Positions 37,206 through 49,169 of a DNA stretch of 53,930 nucleotides are shown here, one piece after another. A model generated the notes under the pieces. The model saw only the letters and a program-made list of their open reading frames with translations, was not told the DNA's origin and ran no database searches. Every line of letters begins with the position of its first letter. The first letter of the stretch is position 1. The position numbers were made by a program, and so were the translations under genes. The DNA is from Armatimonadota bacterium (lineage in GTDB: Bacteria > Armatimonadota > UBA5829 > DSUL01): positions 1 to 53,930 of the forward strand of contig JBDHZC010000010.1 of NCBI GenBank assembly GCA_039811685.1. The letters are read 5' to 3'.

Positions 37206-39737
37206 ATGATAGACGCTCAGACGCTTCCCGAACTCATCGAGAATGCCAGCCGCACCTACGCCTCCCGACTTGCCTACATCTGGCGACCACAGTTCCGGGC
37301 TCTCAAGTATACGTGGAGCGACATGGGGCGTCTGGCACGTCAAGTGGCGCATATACTGGAAGACCACGGCATCCACAAAGGCGACCGCGTGGTGATCTGG
37401 GCCGTAAACTCACCGTTCTGGGTAGCAGCGTTCTACGGATGTCAGATGAAGGGCGCCGTAGCCGTACCTCTGATGCCGCAAAACACCCAGGACTTCGTAC
37501 GGCTAATCTGCGACTTTACGGAGGCCAGGCTCATTCTGAAATCGGCCTCTTTGAATCCGGGAGAGACGGACACACCACAGATCAACATCGAGGAAGCGCT
37601 TCTCGCAGGAGACATTGAGGAGAGCTTCGCCCGTGCCAAAGTAAGCCCCGAAGATCCGGCGCAGATTCTGTTTACCTCCGGCACTACCGGCAATCCGAAA
37701 GGCGTCGTTCACAAGCACTCCAACCTGCTGGCCAACGCGCGGGACATTTTTGCTCTGAATATCCTGCGCGACAACGACCACCTGATGAGTTTTCTCCCGC
37801 TCGCGCACGTCTTTGAGCAGATTCTCAGCCTCTACGTATGCCCAATGGCGGGGGTACCGGTCACGATGGCGGCTTCGCTATCGGGTCTGCACATTCGCAT
37901 GTGCCTGGTCGAAGACAGCCCGACATTTATGACCAGCGTACCAGAGTTCCTAAAGCTGACTGTGGAGCGAATTGAGGCAAAAGCAGAGCAGCAGGGCAAG
38001 CTGGACAGCCTGCACTCGCTGTATCACCTGGCTCCAAGGCTGCCGATGTGGCTGAGGCGGCGTACGGCAAGGCCGATTCTGCGGCAACTCGGAGGACGGC
38101 TGCGTCTGGTAGTCTCTGGAGGCTCGGCTCTTGATCCAGATGTCGGGCGCAAGTGGGAAGCATTCGGCATTGTGGTGCTGCAGGGGTACGGTGCGACAGA
38201 GACTTCTCCGGTGATCAGTGTCAACCGTCCGTCAGGGCGCAAGGTTGAGTCTGTAGGGCTGCCTCTTCCGAGTGTTCAGGTGCGAATCGCGAGTGACGGA
38301 GAGATTCTGGCGCGCGGGCCAAACGTGGTGGACGGCTATTACAAACGTCCCGAAGAGACAGCCGACCGATTCAAGGACGGCTGGTACTACACAGACGACC
38401 TGGGCGAGATTGACAAAGATGGACACCTCCATATCAAGGGTCGAAAGAAATTTCTGATTGTCACACCCGCGGGGGAGAACATTTACCCGGAAGACCTTGA
38501 AGCTGAGCTGCACAAAGAGCCAGAAGTGAAAAGCGCGACGGTAATCGCCTGGAAACCCGGCGGACGATTTGAGGTGCATGCCGTTCTTCTGCCAAACCCG
38601 GGTGAGGCGATTGAAAATGCGCAGGCAGTAATTGAGCGGGTCAACGTGCGCCTTCAACCTCATCAGCGGATTCAGGGCGTGAGCGTCTGGGACGGAGACG
38701 ACTTCCCGCGCACCGTCACGCGCAAAGTCAAGAAAAACGAAGTGCTGGCGTGGCTGGAAAACCGCCAGAACGGCAGTCTGACTCGCGCGACGGCAGTCGC
38801 AGCCGGGGCTGTGGAGCTGGCTATCGCACAGGCAACCGGGATACCCACGGCTGAAATTACCCCTGACAAGCGGCTGGAAGCGGACTTGAAAATGGACTCT
38901 CTGGGGCGGGTTACGCTGGCCGGGATTTTGGAGGAAGAGCTCGGAGTGTTCATTGACGAAGGGCAACTTCAACCCAACACGACTGTTGCGCAGATCAAAG
39001 AGATCGTCGAAAAGCGGGAACAGAAAGAGGAACGCTACGAGTTTGATCAGAGACCTCTGACTCCCCGTGCGATCTTCTGGCGAGGGTTGTGGCAGAAGCT
39101 GCTCGTCTGGCCATTTGTCCGGCTCTTTGCGACAACTCACACGCGGGGTCTTGGAAATCTGGAAGGGCTGCAAGGCCCGATCCTGTTCTACCCCAATCAC
39201 GTCTCCCCCATTGACGGAGCGATCGTTCTCAAAGCGCTTCCTTCGCGCTTTCAATCAAAAACGGCGATTGCGGCTGCTACAGACGTGGTGTTTGAAAACC
39301 CAGCAGTGAAGTCTCACGTTAGAACGCTTCAGACGCTTTTCAACGTGTACCCGTTCTCACGAGAGTCGCAGGTTAGGTCCTCGCTTGAGTACACCGGACG
39401 CCTTCTGGACCGCGGGTTTTCCATTATGCTCTTCCCGGAAGGTCATATGGCGAGGGACGGGAAGCTACAGCCGATAAAGCTGGGGGCAGGGTTGATAGCG
39501 GTGGAAATGGGCGTACCCGTAGTCCCGATTGGAGTCGCCGGAGTCGAAAAGATGGTGCCCGCAAACGCCGAGGGTCTGATGATGCCGCGCAGAGCCAGCG
39601 CCACGGTTGTTATCGGCAAACCCCTTACGTTTATCCGGGAAACATCCTATGAAGACGCAGCCACACGCATTCATGAAGCGCTCCGCGAGTTGTTGCCCGA
39701 ACAGTACAGAGACAACGCCGAGAAAGCAGTGGACTGA
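37206..39737 (+). CDS. Long-chain acyl-CoA synthetase + acyl carrier + PlsC acyltransferase fusion (Aas-like)
   Basis: FTSGTTGNPKG, QGYGATE; carrier motif DLKMDSL; acyltransferase NHVSPID and FPEG. Confidence 0.9.
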   Translation: MIDAQTLPELIENASRTYASRLAYIWRPQFRALKYTWSDMGRLARQVAHILEDHGIHKGDRVVIWAVNSPFWVAAFYGCQMKGAVAVPLMPQNTQDFVRLICDFTEARLILKSASLNPGETDTPQINIEEALLAGDIEESFARAKVSPEDPAQILFTSGTTGNPKGVVHKHSNLLANARDIFALNILRDNDHLMSFLPLAHVFEQILSLYVCPMAGVPVTMAASLSGLHIRMCLVEDSPTFMTSVPEFLKLTVERIEAKAEQQGKLDSLHSLYHLAPRLPMWLRRRTARPILRQLGGRLRLVVSGGSALDPDVGRKWEAFGIVVLQGYGATETSPVISVNRPSGRKVESVGLPLPSVQVRIASDGEILARGPNVVDGYYKRPEETADRFKDGWYYTDDLGEIDKDGHLHIKGRKKFLIVTPAGENIYPEDLEAELHKEPEVKSATVIAWKPGGRFEVHAVLLPNPGEAIENAQAVIERVNVRLQPHQRIQGVSVWDGDDFPRTVTRKVKKNEVLAWLENRQNGSLTRATAVAAGAVELAIAQATGIPTAEITPDKRLEADLKMDSLGRVTLAGILEEELGVFIDEGQLQPNTTVAQIKEIVEKREQKEERYEFDQRPLTPRAIFWRGLWQKLLVWPFVRLFATTHTRGLGNLEGLQGPILFYPNHVSPIDGAIVLKALPSRFQSKTAIAAATDVVFENPAVKSHVRTLQTLFNVYPFSRESQVRSSLEYTGRLLDRGFSIMLFPEGHMARDGKLQPIKLGAGLIAVEMGVPVVPIGVAGVEKMVPANAEGLMMPRRASATVVIGKPLTFIRETSYEDAATRIHEALRELLPEQYRDNAEKAVD

Positions 39738-39847
39738 ATACAGAAACGTCGTTTCGACAAGCTATGATGTGAGTTAGCGGAGCAAGACACCTTAGAGCGC
39801 AGCGCCCGGTCAAAGCTGACAGCCCTGCTGAGTTTGCGTTACAATAG

Positions 39848-41143
<1,296 letters not shown>

Positions 41144-41162
41144 CCGCGCGCGCATTTCAGCG

Positions 41163-41912
41163 GTGAAAGCGCCAGTTCGCATTCTGGGTCTGCCGGTTCA
41201 CCCGGTGTCACGGGGTGAAGCGATTGAGGAGATCCGGCGCTTTGTCGCTTCTGATGAGCCACATCTGATTATCACAGCAGACGCGAGCGCCCTGATGTTC
41301 GCCCGGCGCGACCCGGAGTTCCGCGACATCTTTCAGCAGGCGTCTCTGGTCACGGCTGATGGCGCTGGTGTTGTCAGCGCCGTGAAGCTGGCCGGTGTGC
41401 CAATCCGGGAGCGCTGCAGCGGTGTTGAACTGGTGGACGATATCGCCTCGGAGGCGGCAGAACAGGGCTGGGGAGTTTACCTGCTTGGCGCCGCGCCCGG
41501 CGTTGCCGAAGCCGCTGCGGAAGAGCTGCGACGCCGGCATCCGCAGCTCAGCGTGCGTGGCTGTCACGACGGCTTCTTTGCCGACAGCGACGCGGTGGCA
41601 GAGAGTATTCGAAACTCAGGCGCAAGCATTCTGTTTGTGGCGATGGGAATGCCGCGACAGGAGAAGTGGTTCTGGGAACGGCGCGACCAGCTTGGTGTGA
41701 AGGTGGCGATGGGAGTGGGTGGCAGCTTTGACGTGTTGAGTGGTCGCGTGCGCCGCGCACCGCCCTTTTTTCAGAAGCACGGACTCGAATGGTTGTACCG
41801 TTTTGTGTGCGCGCCTCGCAAATCTTCCCGCAAGATTGTCCTCCTGCCGATATTTGCCGGACTGGCTATCGCTGAAGCCAGACGCCGAAGGAAGCACAGC
41901 GAACGGCCATAG
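41163..41912 (+). CDS. WecB/TagA/CpsF family glycosyltransferase
   Basis: ADGAGVV, ERCSGVEL, VAMGMPRQEKW, MGVGGSFDV, RAP..FQKHGLEW.YR. Confidence 0.93.
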   Translation: MKAPVRILGLPVHPVSRGEAIEEIRRFVASDEPHLIITADASALMFARRDPEFRDIFQQASLVTADGAGVVSAVKLAGVPIRERCSGVELVDDIASEAAEQGWGVYLLGAAPGVAEAAAEELRRRHPQLSVRGCHDGFFADSDAVAESIRNSGASILFVAMGMPRQEKWFWERRDQLGVKVAMGVGGSFDVLSGRVRRAPPFFQKHGLEWLYRFVCAPRKSSRKIVLLPIFAGLAIAEARRRRKHSERP

Positions 41913-41971
41913 GACGCGGCCGTTACACGGTATCAGTCTGGTTGGTCGGATAGAAATCTTACAGAGACCCT

Positions 41972-42880
41972 ATGACAGATAATAAAGTTCTAATTGTCGG
42001 AAGCGTTGGACTTGACGCTCTCACAACCCCTTTCGGTCACGTTGACAGAGTGCTGGGAGGCGCGGCAAGCTACTCTTCTGTGGCCGCGAGCTATTTCGCT
42101 CCAGTGTCAATGGTCGCAGTTGTTGGCCAGGATTTCCCGGCAGAGAATGTGGAGCTGTTCAAAGCGCGCGGGATAGATGTGTCTGCGCTTGAAGTCAAAG
42201 ATGGGGAGACTTTCTTCTGGGCGGGTGAGTACGGAGAAGATCCGAATCAGGCCATCACCCATGCGACTGAGCTCAACGTCTTCGCGGACTTCAAACCGAC
42301 GCTGCCACCCTCCCACCGCAGCCATCCTTTTGTGTTTCTGGCCAATATCGACCCGGTGTTACAGCTTGACGTGCTCAATCAGGCGGACAGTCCAGAGTTC
42401 GTCGCAAGCGATACGATGAACTTCTGGATTGCAAGCAAGAAGGATGAGTTGCTGGAGGTGCTGAAGCGCGTAGATCTATGCCTGATGAACGATGCGGAAG
42501 CACGAATGCTGACCGGTCAGAAACTGCTCGTTGACGCGGCGGATGCGATTCTGGCTATGGGGCCAAAATACGCCGCCATAAAGAAAGGCGAACACGGAGC
42601 GCTGCTGTTCGGGGAAAACACGCATTTTTCTGCTCCGTCTTTTCCATTGCGGCAGATCGTTGACCCCACCGGTGCGGGAGATTCGTTCGCCGGCGGATTG
42701 GTCGGCTATCTGGCAAGTACCGGTGACACTTCTGAATCGAGCATCCGGAAAGCTGTCGTTTACGGCAGCACTGTGGCTTCTTTTGACGTGGAGGACTTCA
42801 GCCTGAGGCGTCTGGCAAGCCTTAGCAGAGAAGACATCCAGAATCGCTACGATCTTTTCACAGAGATTGCGCGCTTCTAG
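41972..42880 (+). CDS. PfkB-family kinase
   Basis: GSVGLD...TPFG, LGGAASY, KKGEHG, DPTGAGDSFAGG. Confidence 0.92.
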   Translation: MTDNKVLIVGSVGLDALTTPFGHVDRVLGGAASYSSVAASYFAPVSMVAVVGQDFPAENVELFKARGIDVSALEVKDGETFFWAGEYGEDPNQAITHATELNVFADFKPTLPPSHRSHPFVFLANIDPVLQLDVLNQADSPEFVASDTMNFWIASKKDELLEVLKRVDLCLMNDAEARMLTGQKLLVDAADAILAMGPKYAAIKKGEHGALLFGENTHFSAPSFPLRQIVDPTGAGDSFAGGLVGYLASTGDTSESSIRKAVVYGSTVASFDVEDFSLRRLASLSREDIQNRYDLFTEIARF

Positions 42881-42885
42881 GCACT

Positions 42886-43386
42886 TCAGTGTAGCGTTGT
42901 AGAGACGCCGCCGGAGCTACTTCCTTCTCCAAATCCATAAGCCAGAGGATGCGGTGCAGAGGACGGCGGACAAAGGGACTTCTCGGCGTGGGCAATTGTG
43001 CCCTGAGGTCTAGCGCGCTCAAACTCCAGCTTGTCGCAAAATGCGCGAACAAGCCCCATCCCAAAGCCCCCAACGCGCATCTCTCCGCCAAAATCCGAGC
43101 GCAGTGACCCCGGCTCCGCCACGTCCTGAGTGTCAAAGCCCTGCCCTCTGTCCTCGACAACAACATTGACGTGATCAGGATGCAGCTCAATTCTCACGAA
43201 AAACCGGTTGTGTGTAGCCTGTGCGTGCCGGACGGCATTGGCACAGAGCTCACCAAGGACAAACTCGATGTCCTCTGCGACAGTCTCCTGCACCTGCAGA
43301 TCTTCGAGCAGTGTTCTGCCCATCAACCTCGCCGTGCGCACACACCGCGCTTCACCCGGAAGGTCAAGGGTCAATGCAACAATCAT
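42886..43386 (-). CDS. RsbW-like anti-sigma factor (HATPase_c)
   Basis: ELCANAVRHA, VEDRGQGFD, GGFGMGLV. Confidence 0.85.
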   Translation of the reverse strand: MIVALTLDLPGEARCVRTARLMGRTLLEDLQVQETVAEDIEFVLGELCANAVRHAQATHNRFFVRIELHPDHVNVVVEDRGQGFDTQDVAEPGSLRSDFGGEMRVGGFGMGLVRAFCDKLEFERARPQGTIAHAEKSLCPPSSAPHPLAYGFGEGSSSGGVSTTLH

Positions 43387-43476
43387 ATCGCCTCCAGATC
43401 CGGCTGGCTGAGAAAGCGCACCGGATGCTTCTGACGCTATGAATTTACCCTCGGAGCGCTGGCTGCTAACCGTGTC

Positions 43477-43998
43477 TCAAGCCTGATTGCGCTCCCAGAC
43501 AGAGCGGACTTCCTGCAATCCGAGGGCAACGATCTCGAAGGTGTTGGAGAGGCAGCGCAGAACACGGGCTTCGGAAGCCAAATCACCCCGATTGAACGTG
43601 GAGGCGATGTAATAGGAGGACTTGCCCTGAGAGATGTAGTCCACCAGGTGATCTTTCTGCAGGGAGGACTGCAGGAGACGCAGCGCTTCCGGGTACACAC
43701 CCGCCCAGAAGAGCGTAAAATCTCCGATGTGCTTGTGAACTTCCCGTTCCCGCTCATCCGGCCCGCAGCCTGGTCGAGACTCAGTCTGCTGCAACATATC
43801 CGCAACTTCGTAAAGCGGCTGGTTCGCGAGGTCTTTGATGCGGTAAATGCGATCGAAGTGGGCGAACTCCGTCAGCATCTGCGCCAGATAATGCGCCAGT
43901 TCACGATCACTGAAGCCGAGGCGAGACGCAAAGGTGTCAGTAATCAGGCCGTGAAAAAGCGCAAAGAGCTCACTGCGTTGGGAGTGCTCCGAAGTCAT
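43477..43998 (-). CDS. Conserved-looking hypothetical protein
   Basis: Helical ORF with EREVHKHIGDFTLFWAGVYPE and DYISQGKSSY; fits between co-oriented genes. Confidence 0.7.
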   Translation of the reverse strand: MTSEHSQRSELFALFHGLITDTFASRLGFSDRELAHYLAQMLTEFAHFDRIYRIKDLANQPLYEVADMLQQTESRPGCGPDEREREVHKHIGDFTLFWAGVYPEALRLLQSSLQKDHLVDYISQGKSSYYIASTFNRGDLASEARVLRCLSNTFEIVALGLQEVRSVWERNQA

Positions 43999-44122
43999 AT
44001 GACATTTCCTCCACGGGGAGATTTCACGGGGCAACCGTGGGCAATGCCGGCCGAGGCGGTGCGCGGCGCGTTGGCCGATAGCTGTGAAGTTTACAGCTCG
44101 GCCGATGGCCGCCCCTATGGTT

Positions 44123-45283
44123 TTATTTTGCCCCTAAAGCAGGTGTTTTTCTATATAAAGATTCGCGCAGCTCCTCCAGCACTTCAGGATTGGTCTCACG
44201 CGAGGCGCAGTCTTCCAGCGCCGCAAATGCCTCTTCAGTGGCAATTTCTCCCAGAGCCCACGCCGCATGAGCGCGCACGATGTGGCTGTCGTCGCGCAGC
44301 AAAATGTCGCGTAGAGTTGGAAGGGCGGCCGGTTCCCGGAGATTCCCCAGCGCGATACAGGCATTGCGCCGCAGGCGGTTGCGTCCTATCCACCCGGCGG
44401 AGCTGGTCTTGAGGGTCTGCTCAAATTCCGATTTCGTCATATTGAGAAGACGGATGAGGTCAACTGATGCGGGCATCGCGCCAGGCTCAAAGGAGAGAGA
44501 GGACGCTGGCTCGGAGTTGTCGTTCTGCGGGCAGACTTCCTGACAGACGTCGCACCCGAAAACCATGTTTGACATAAAATGCCGCAGCTCACGTGGAACG
44601 ATGCCGCCCATCTGCGTGAGATGTGAAACGCAGCGGTTGAGGTCAACCTGGTAGGGGGAGCGAATAGCGCCTGTGGGACACGCCGACATGCACAGCGCGC
44701 AATCGCCACAGTGGTCCTCGACTATGGGAGGGTCGTGTGGCAGGTCAACGTCGGTGATAATCTCGCCAAGAACCACCCAGCTTCCAAATCGTGGCACAAA
44801 AAAGCACGCATTCTTGCCGTACCAGCCCAGCCCGCTCGCATGGGCGGCCGCTCTGTCCAGCAGAGGGCCGGTATCGTGCAGGATTCGCGTCCGAGCTCCT
44901 GGCGCCAACTCCTGCAGACGTCCGGCAACAATCTCCATCTTCTCCCGGATAACAATGTGATAGTCCCGGCCTCTGGCCAGACGCGCGCTCAGCCCGAGTA
45001 GCTCTCCAGGCTGTCGCGGTTCAGGCTCAACTCCCCGGCGATAGGGCAGAGCGCACGCGATGATGCTTCTGGCGCCCTCCAGCAAGGCTTCAGGATGACA
45101 GAACTTCTCCTCACTGCCTTCCACAAGCCCGTAGTGCCCGGCATAGCCCCTTGCGATGCGCTCCCGCAGCCTTTCTGCGGCTTCAACGAGGGGCGCAGCC
45201 GGACCTATAGCCAGCCCTGCAAGGCCGACCGACTGTGCCAGGCTCTTCAGTTCGCTGGCAATTTCCTGAGGATGGACAGACAT
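44123..45283 (-). CDS. queG: Epoxyqueuosine reductase
   Basis: ARGRDYH, DTGPLLDR, GLGWYGKN, CGDCALCMSACPTGA, RCVSHLT, FGCDVCQEVCP, HEAT-repeat tail. Start uncertain (45283-45337). Confidence 0.92.
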   Translation of the reverse strand: MSVHPQEIASELKSLAQSVGLAGLAIGPAAPLVEAAERLRERIARGYAGHYGLVEGSEEKFCHPEALLEGARSIIACALPYRRGVEPEPRQPGELLGLSARLARGRDYHIVIREKMEIVAGRLQELAPGARTRILHDTGPLLDRAAAHASGLGWYGKNACFFVPRFGSWVVLGEIITDVDLPHDPPIVEDHCGDCALCMSACPTGAIRSPYQVDLNRCVSHLTQMGGIVPRELRHFMSNMVFGCDVCQEVCPQNDNSEPASSLSFEPGAMPASVDLIRLLNMTKSEFEQTLKTSSAGWIGRNRLRRNACIALGNLREPAALPTLRDILLRDDSHIVRAHAAWALGEIATEEAFAALEDCASRETNPEVLEELRESLYRKTPALGAK

Positions 45284-45457
45284 ACTCGTCATGATAGCCA
45301 TCTGAGCAACTTTCACGCCTGCACGTTTGTGCTGCATTCAGGACTGTCTGCGACAGAGAAACTTACTTCATTGCACAGCCTTTTGCGCAGGAAAACTGTA
45401 GAATTTGCGTCACCTTTTGCGAGAGTGATACGCAGATGAAAATTCTCGTTTCATAGA

Positions 45458-45471
45458 GAAAAGCGCTTCCA
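45458..45471. promoter_or_regulatory. Candidate LacI-family operator
   Basis: GAAAAGCGCTTCCA, imperfect palindrome centred on GCGC, ~80 bp upstream of the prepilin-like gene. Confidence 0.45.
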
Positions 45472-45551
45472 GTCTGCAACGATTTGTGCTATGGTAACAG
45501 TAGCAGACATGCTCCAACGGTGAGTTCACTCTGGTTCGAAGGAGAGAGATA

Positions 45552-46277
45552 ATGTCAGCGAACACTCGACTGTCCGCTTCTGGCCGAAGCCATCAGAACG
45601 AAGGCTTCACGCTCATCGAGCTTCTTGTCGTAATCGCGATTATCGCGATTCTGGCTGCTATTCTGTTTCCCGTGTTTGCTCGGGCAAGGGAGAAGGCGCG
45701 CGACGCCGCCTGCATCAGCAACGTGAAACAGCTTGGCACAGCGTTCCTGATGTATGCAGACGACAACAACGGGCGTCTGGCGCCCCTTGAAGCCTATTAT
45801 ATGGGCAACGATGAGCCAGGCGCCGTCATCGCCTACACCAAAGACAAACGTATCTCCCAGTGTCCCTCCCTGCGCAAGATTGAGCGGCCCTCCGCCAGCG
45901 GCATGCAGCGCCCGTGGAGCTACACCATCAACTGTTATTGCGTGAACACGGGCGCCAAAGGCTTCTGGGACGCCAACCCTCAGCCGAGAAGAGACCTCGG
46001 AGTCCCGATAAGCCTGTATTCCCAGCCTTCCAGAACTCCCTACATTGTGGAGGAGAACAAGGATCCGAATGCCGGAACGCCCACCATCGCAAATGACAGC
46101 GCCTTTATCGGCGTGGACACTTCCGCCGACCGGCACAATGGACAGGCCAACGTCTTTTTCCTCGACGGACACGCAGGCAAAGTGCCCGGCCTGCAGTCGT
46201 GGCAGAACGGAAAGTGGCCACCCGGACGATATGCGCCGGGGGATGACTGGCTTTTCCTGGGCCCTGGCGTTCTGTAG
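45552..46277 (+). CDS. Prepilin-type N-terminal cleavage/methylation protein with H-X9-DG C-terminal motif (DUF1559-like)
   Basis: [52 protein letters not shown]. Confidence 0.92.
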   Translation: MSANTRLSASGRSHQNEGFTLIELLVVIAIIAILAAILFPVFARAREKARDAACISNVKQLGTAFLMYADDNNGRLAPLEAYYMGNDEPGAVIAYTKDKRISQCPSLRKIERPSASGMQRPWSYTINCYCVNTGAKGFWDANPQPRRDLGVPISLYSQPSRTPYIVEENKDPNAGTPTIANDSAFIGVDTSADRHNGQANVFFLDGHAGKVPGLQSWQNGKWPPGRYAPGDDWLFLGPGVL

Positions 46278-46413
46278 CTCAGTTTTAGACTGCGGCTGCT
46301 GAAGCAGGAGAACAGGACAGCGTCGCCAAACTCTTTGAACGCAGGTCCGTGCCCGTCCCACGCACGGGACTCTGGCCAAATCACCGGGCCTGTGTGCGAG
46401 TCTATTCGTCATT

Positions 46414-47451
46414 ATGACTTCCCGTGAACGCGTTATCCGAACACTCAGTCATCAGAGTGTTGACCGCGCGCCCCGCGACCTCTGGATGCTGCCTGGTGTC
46501 GTTATGTTCAGGAGCGACGGTCTCGAGCGCATCTACAAGCGCTTCCCGCAGGACTTTGTCTTTCCACCGTTTCGCTATGGGCCGGCGCCGCGCGCAAAAG
46601 GTGTGCCGGCTGTGCGCGGAGAGTATTCTGATGCGTGGGGCGTCGTCTGGCGTGTTGGAGAGACCGGCGTCATTGGAGAAGTCAAGGAGCCCATCCTCAA
46701 GACCGAAGCCGATATCCTGGCCTATAAGCTTCCGTGGGAGCTGCTGAACGAGGCGGACGTCTCAGAGGTGGACAGCTTTTGCGCAAAGACAGACGCATTC
46801 TGCAAAGCAGGGACTGACGTGCGTCCCTTTGAGCGCTTTCAGTTCCTGCGTGGGACTGAGGCCGCAATGATGGACCTGGCCTCTGGCGACGAAGCGGCAA
46901 TGGGACTACTTCGTCGCCTGCACGACTACTACTGCAAAGAGCTGGAGATCTGGACAAAGACGGCGGTGGACGGTGTCGGCTTTCTGGATGACTGGGGGTC
47001 GCAGAACAGCCTGCTGATTTCCCCCAACATGTGGCGTGAGATATTCCGCCCGTTCTACAAAGACTACTGCGACATTTTGCACGGCGCGGGCAAATGGGTG
47101 TTCTTTCACTCAGACGGTCACATCGAGGCCATCTATCAGGACCTGATCGACATCGGCATCGATGCCGTCAACAGCCAGCTTTTCTGCATGGATATAGAAA
47201 GCGTGGGCGAGCGCTTCGGTGGCAAGATAACCTTCTGGGGAGAGATTGACCGGCAGTATGCGATGACTACTGGAAGCCCGGAGGACGTCAGGCAGGCGGT
47301 GTACCGCGTTCGAAGAGCGCTGGATAAGAGTCAGGGCGGAGTCATCGCACAGTGTGAGTGGGGGAATGACACGCCTGAAGAGAACGTGGCCGCGGTATAC
47401 GAAGCCTGGCTGGCGCCGCGTGAAGCGTTTGCGACAACACCTGTCAGTTGA
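46414..47451 (+). CDS. Uroporphyrinogen decarboxylase/MtaA-like family protein
   Basis: MTSRERV, DAWGVVW, LRGTE, DDWGSQ..LLISP, FHSDG, FWGEIDRQ. Confidence 0.85.
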   Translation: MTSRERVIRTLSHQSVDRAPRDLWMLPGVVMFRSDGLERIYKRFPQDFVFPPFRYGPAPRAKGVPAVRGEYSDAWGVVWRVGETGVIGEVKEPILKTEADILAYKLPWELLNEADVSEVDSFCAKTDAFCKAGTDVRPFERFQFLRGTEAAMMDLASGDEAAMGLLRRLHDYYCKELEIWTKTAVDGVGFLDDWGSQNSLLISPNMWREIFRPFYKDYCDILHGAGKWVFFHSDGHIEAIYQDLIDIGIDAVNSQLFCMDIESVGERFGGKITFWGEIDRQYAMTTGSPEDVRQAVYRVRRALDKSQGGVIAQCEWGNDTPEENVAAVYEAWLAPREAFATTPVS

Positions 47452-47475
47452 GCGTGCGGTGTACGCAGCGCCGGG

Positions 47476-48291
47476 TCAGCCTTTGATCCCTGAGAAAACC
47501 ATGCCGCGTACAAAGTAGCGCTGGGCTGCAAAAAAGATCAGGAGAACAGGCAGCAGAACGCACACCGAAGCCGCCATCAGCAGGTGATACTGCGTACCGT
47601 GCAGAGACCGGAAAGAGTTCAACCCAAGCGCCAGAGTCTTGGTCTCTACGGACTGAGTATAGATCAGCGGGCCGAGGAAATCGTTCCAGTGCCCCACAAA
47701 GCTGAACACAGCTACCGTCGCCAGGGCAGGCTTGGCCAGTGGGATGGCTACGGTGCGAAAGACTCCCAGCGGCCCGCATCCGTCAATCTTCGCCGCATCC
47801 TCCAACTCACCCGGAATCGTCAGGAAGAACTGTCTGAGCAGGAAGATATAGAACGCGCCGCCGCCGAAAAACGCCGGCACAATAAGCGGGCGCAGCGTAT
47901 CAATCCAGTGCAGGCGCGCAAACAGGATGAAGGTGGGGATCAGCGTGACCTGCGCAGGTATCATCATGGTGGAGATGACCAGAACAAACAGCGCATCCCG
48001 CCCGCGAAAGCGCAGCCGCGCAAATCCGAAAGCCACCAGTGAGGCTGACACAACCTGTCCGATCAACGCAAGTGAAGTCACAATAAGCGTGTTCTTCAGA
48101 AAGATGTGAAACGGCAACACTGTCAGCGCTTGCGGGTAATTCCTCCACTCCAGACGCTCTGGAATCCAGGGGCGATTGATTGCCATAACCTGGTTGGCCG
48201 GTGTCAGAGAAGTTGAGACCATCCAGAGAAACGGGATGAGGAAGAGAAAACCGAGCGCAATAAGGCAGATGTAGCGCAGAGCTGTCTTCAT
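47476..48291 (-). CDS. Carbohydrate ABC transporter permease (MalG-like)
   Basis: LLRQFF..IP.ELEDAAKIDG EAA motif, WNDFLGP. Confidence 0.93.
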   Translation of the reverse strand: MKTALRYICLIALGFLFLIPFLWMVSTSLTPANQVMAINRPWIPERLEWRNYPQALTVLPFHIFLKNTLIVTSLALIGQVVSASLVAFGFARLRFRGRDALFVLVISTMMIPAQVTLIPTFILFARLHWIDTLRPLIVPAFFGGGAFYIFLLRQFFLTIPGELEDAAKIDGCGPLGVFRTVAIPLAKPALATVAVFSFVGHWNDFLGPLIYTQSVETKTLALGLNSFRSLHGTQYHLLMAASVCVLLPVLLIFFAAQRYFVRGMVFSGIKG

Positions 48292-49169
48292 CCGTAGTGC
48301 ACCCAGCGCTTCGACAACCGGAAGTTCAGCAGTGTCAGAAACAGAATGATGACAAACAGCAACCACGCCATAGCCGAGGCGTACCCCAAGCGGAAGTACA
48401 CGAAAGCGTTCTGGAAGAGGTAGAGTACATACAGCAGCGTTGCATGCGACGGCCCGCCGTTGGTCATGATGAACGCGGCCGTGAAAACCTGAAAGCTGGC
48501 TATGACGGCCATCACGAAGTTGAAAAAGATGACAGGGGATAGCAACGGTATGGTCACATGGCGGAACTGCTGCAGACTCCCCGCTCCGTCCAGAGTGCTG
48601 GCTTCATAGAGCTCTTCCGGGATATTCTGTAGCCCTGCAAGAAAGATCAGCATTGCCCCGCCCGCGCCCCAGAGACTCATCAATATTAACGCTGGCATAG
48701 CCCAGTGCACGTCAGAGAGCCACAGCGGCGGGTGCTTCGTAAAAAGCCGGAGAAAGCGGTTGATGAGACCAAGCTCCGGGTTGAACAGCCACATCCACAG
48801 CATCATCGTCGCAACACCAGAAGTTACGCTTGGCAGATAGAACAGCGTGCGGAACAGCCCCATCGCCCGCAGCTTCTGATTCAACAGAAGCGCCAGACCC
48901 AGAGCCAGACACAGCCCCATCGGCACTGAGACTACAGCGTAATAAGCCGTATTGATGAGCGACTTTATGAGCAGTGGGTCGCGCGCGAGGCGGCGATAGT
49001 TGTCAAGCCCTGCAAACTCAGGGCGAGTGATGGCATCCCAGTGCGCGAAGCTCAGACCAAGGGAGAAGAGAATCGGTCCGGCGGCAAAGATGACGAAGCC
49101 CAGCACCCATGGGCTGACAAACAGCCACCCGGCGAGAGCTTCGCGGCGAGATAAGGATGTAGTTTTCAC
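48288..49169 (-). CDS. Carbohydrate ABC transporter permease (MalF-like)
   Basis: FRTLFYLP, LAGLQNIPEELYEASTLDGA, GYASAMAW. Confidence 0.93.
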   Translation of the reverse strand: MKTTSLSRREALAGWLFVSPWVLGFVIFAAGPILFSLGLSFAHWDAITRPEFAGLDNYRRLARDPLLIKSLINTAYYAVVSVPMGLCLALGLALLLNQKLRAMGLFRTLFYLPSVTSGVATMMLWMWLFNPELGLINRFLRLFTKHPPLWLSDVHWAMPALILMSLWGAGGAMLIFLAGLQNIPEELYEASTLDGAGSLQQFRHVTIPLLSPVIFFNFVMAVIASFQVFTAAFIMTNGGPSHATLLYVLYLFQNAFVYFRLGYASAMAWLLFVIILFLTLLNFRLSKRWVHYG

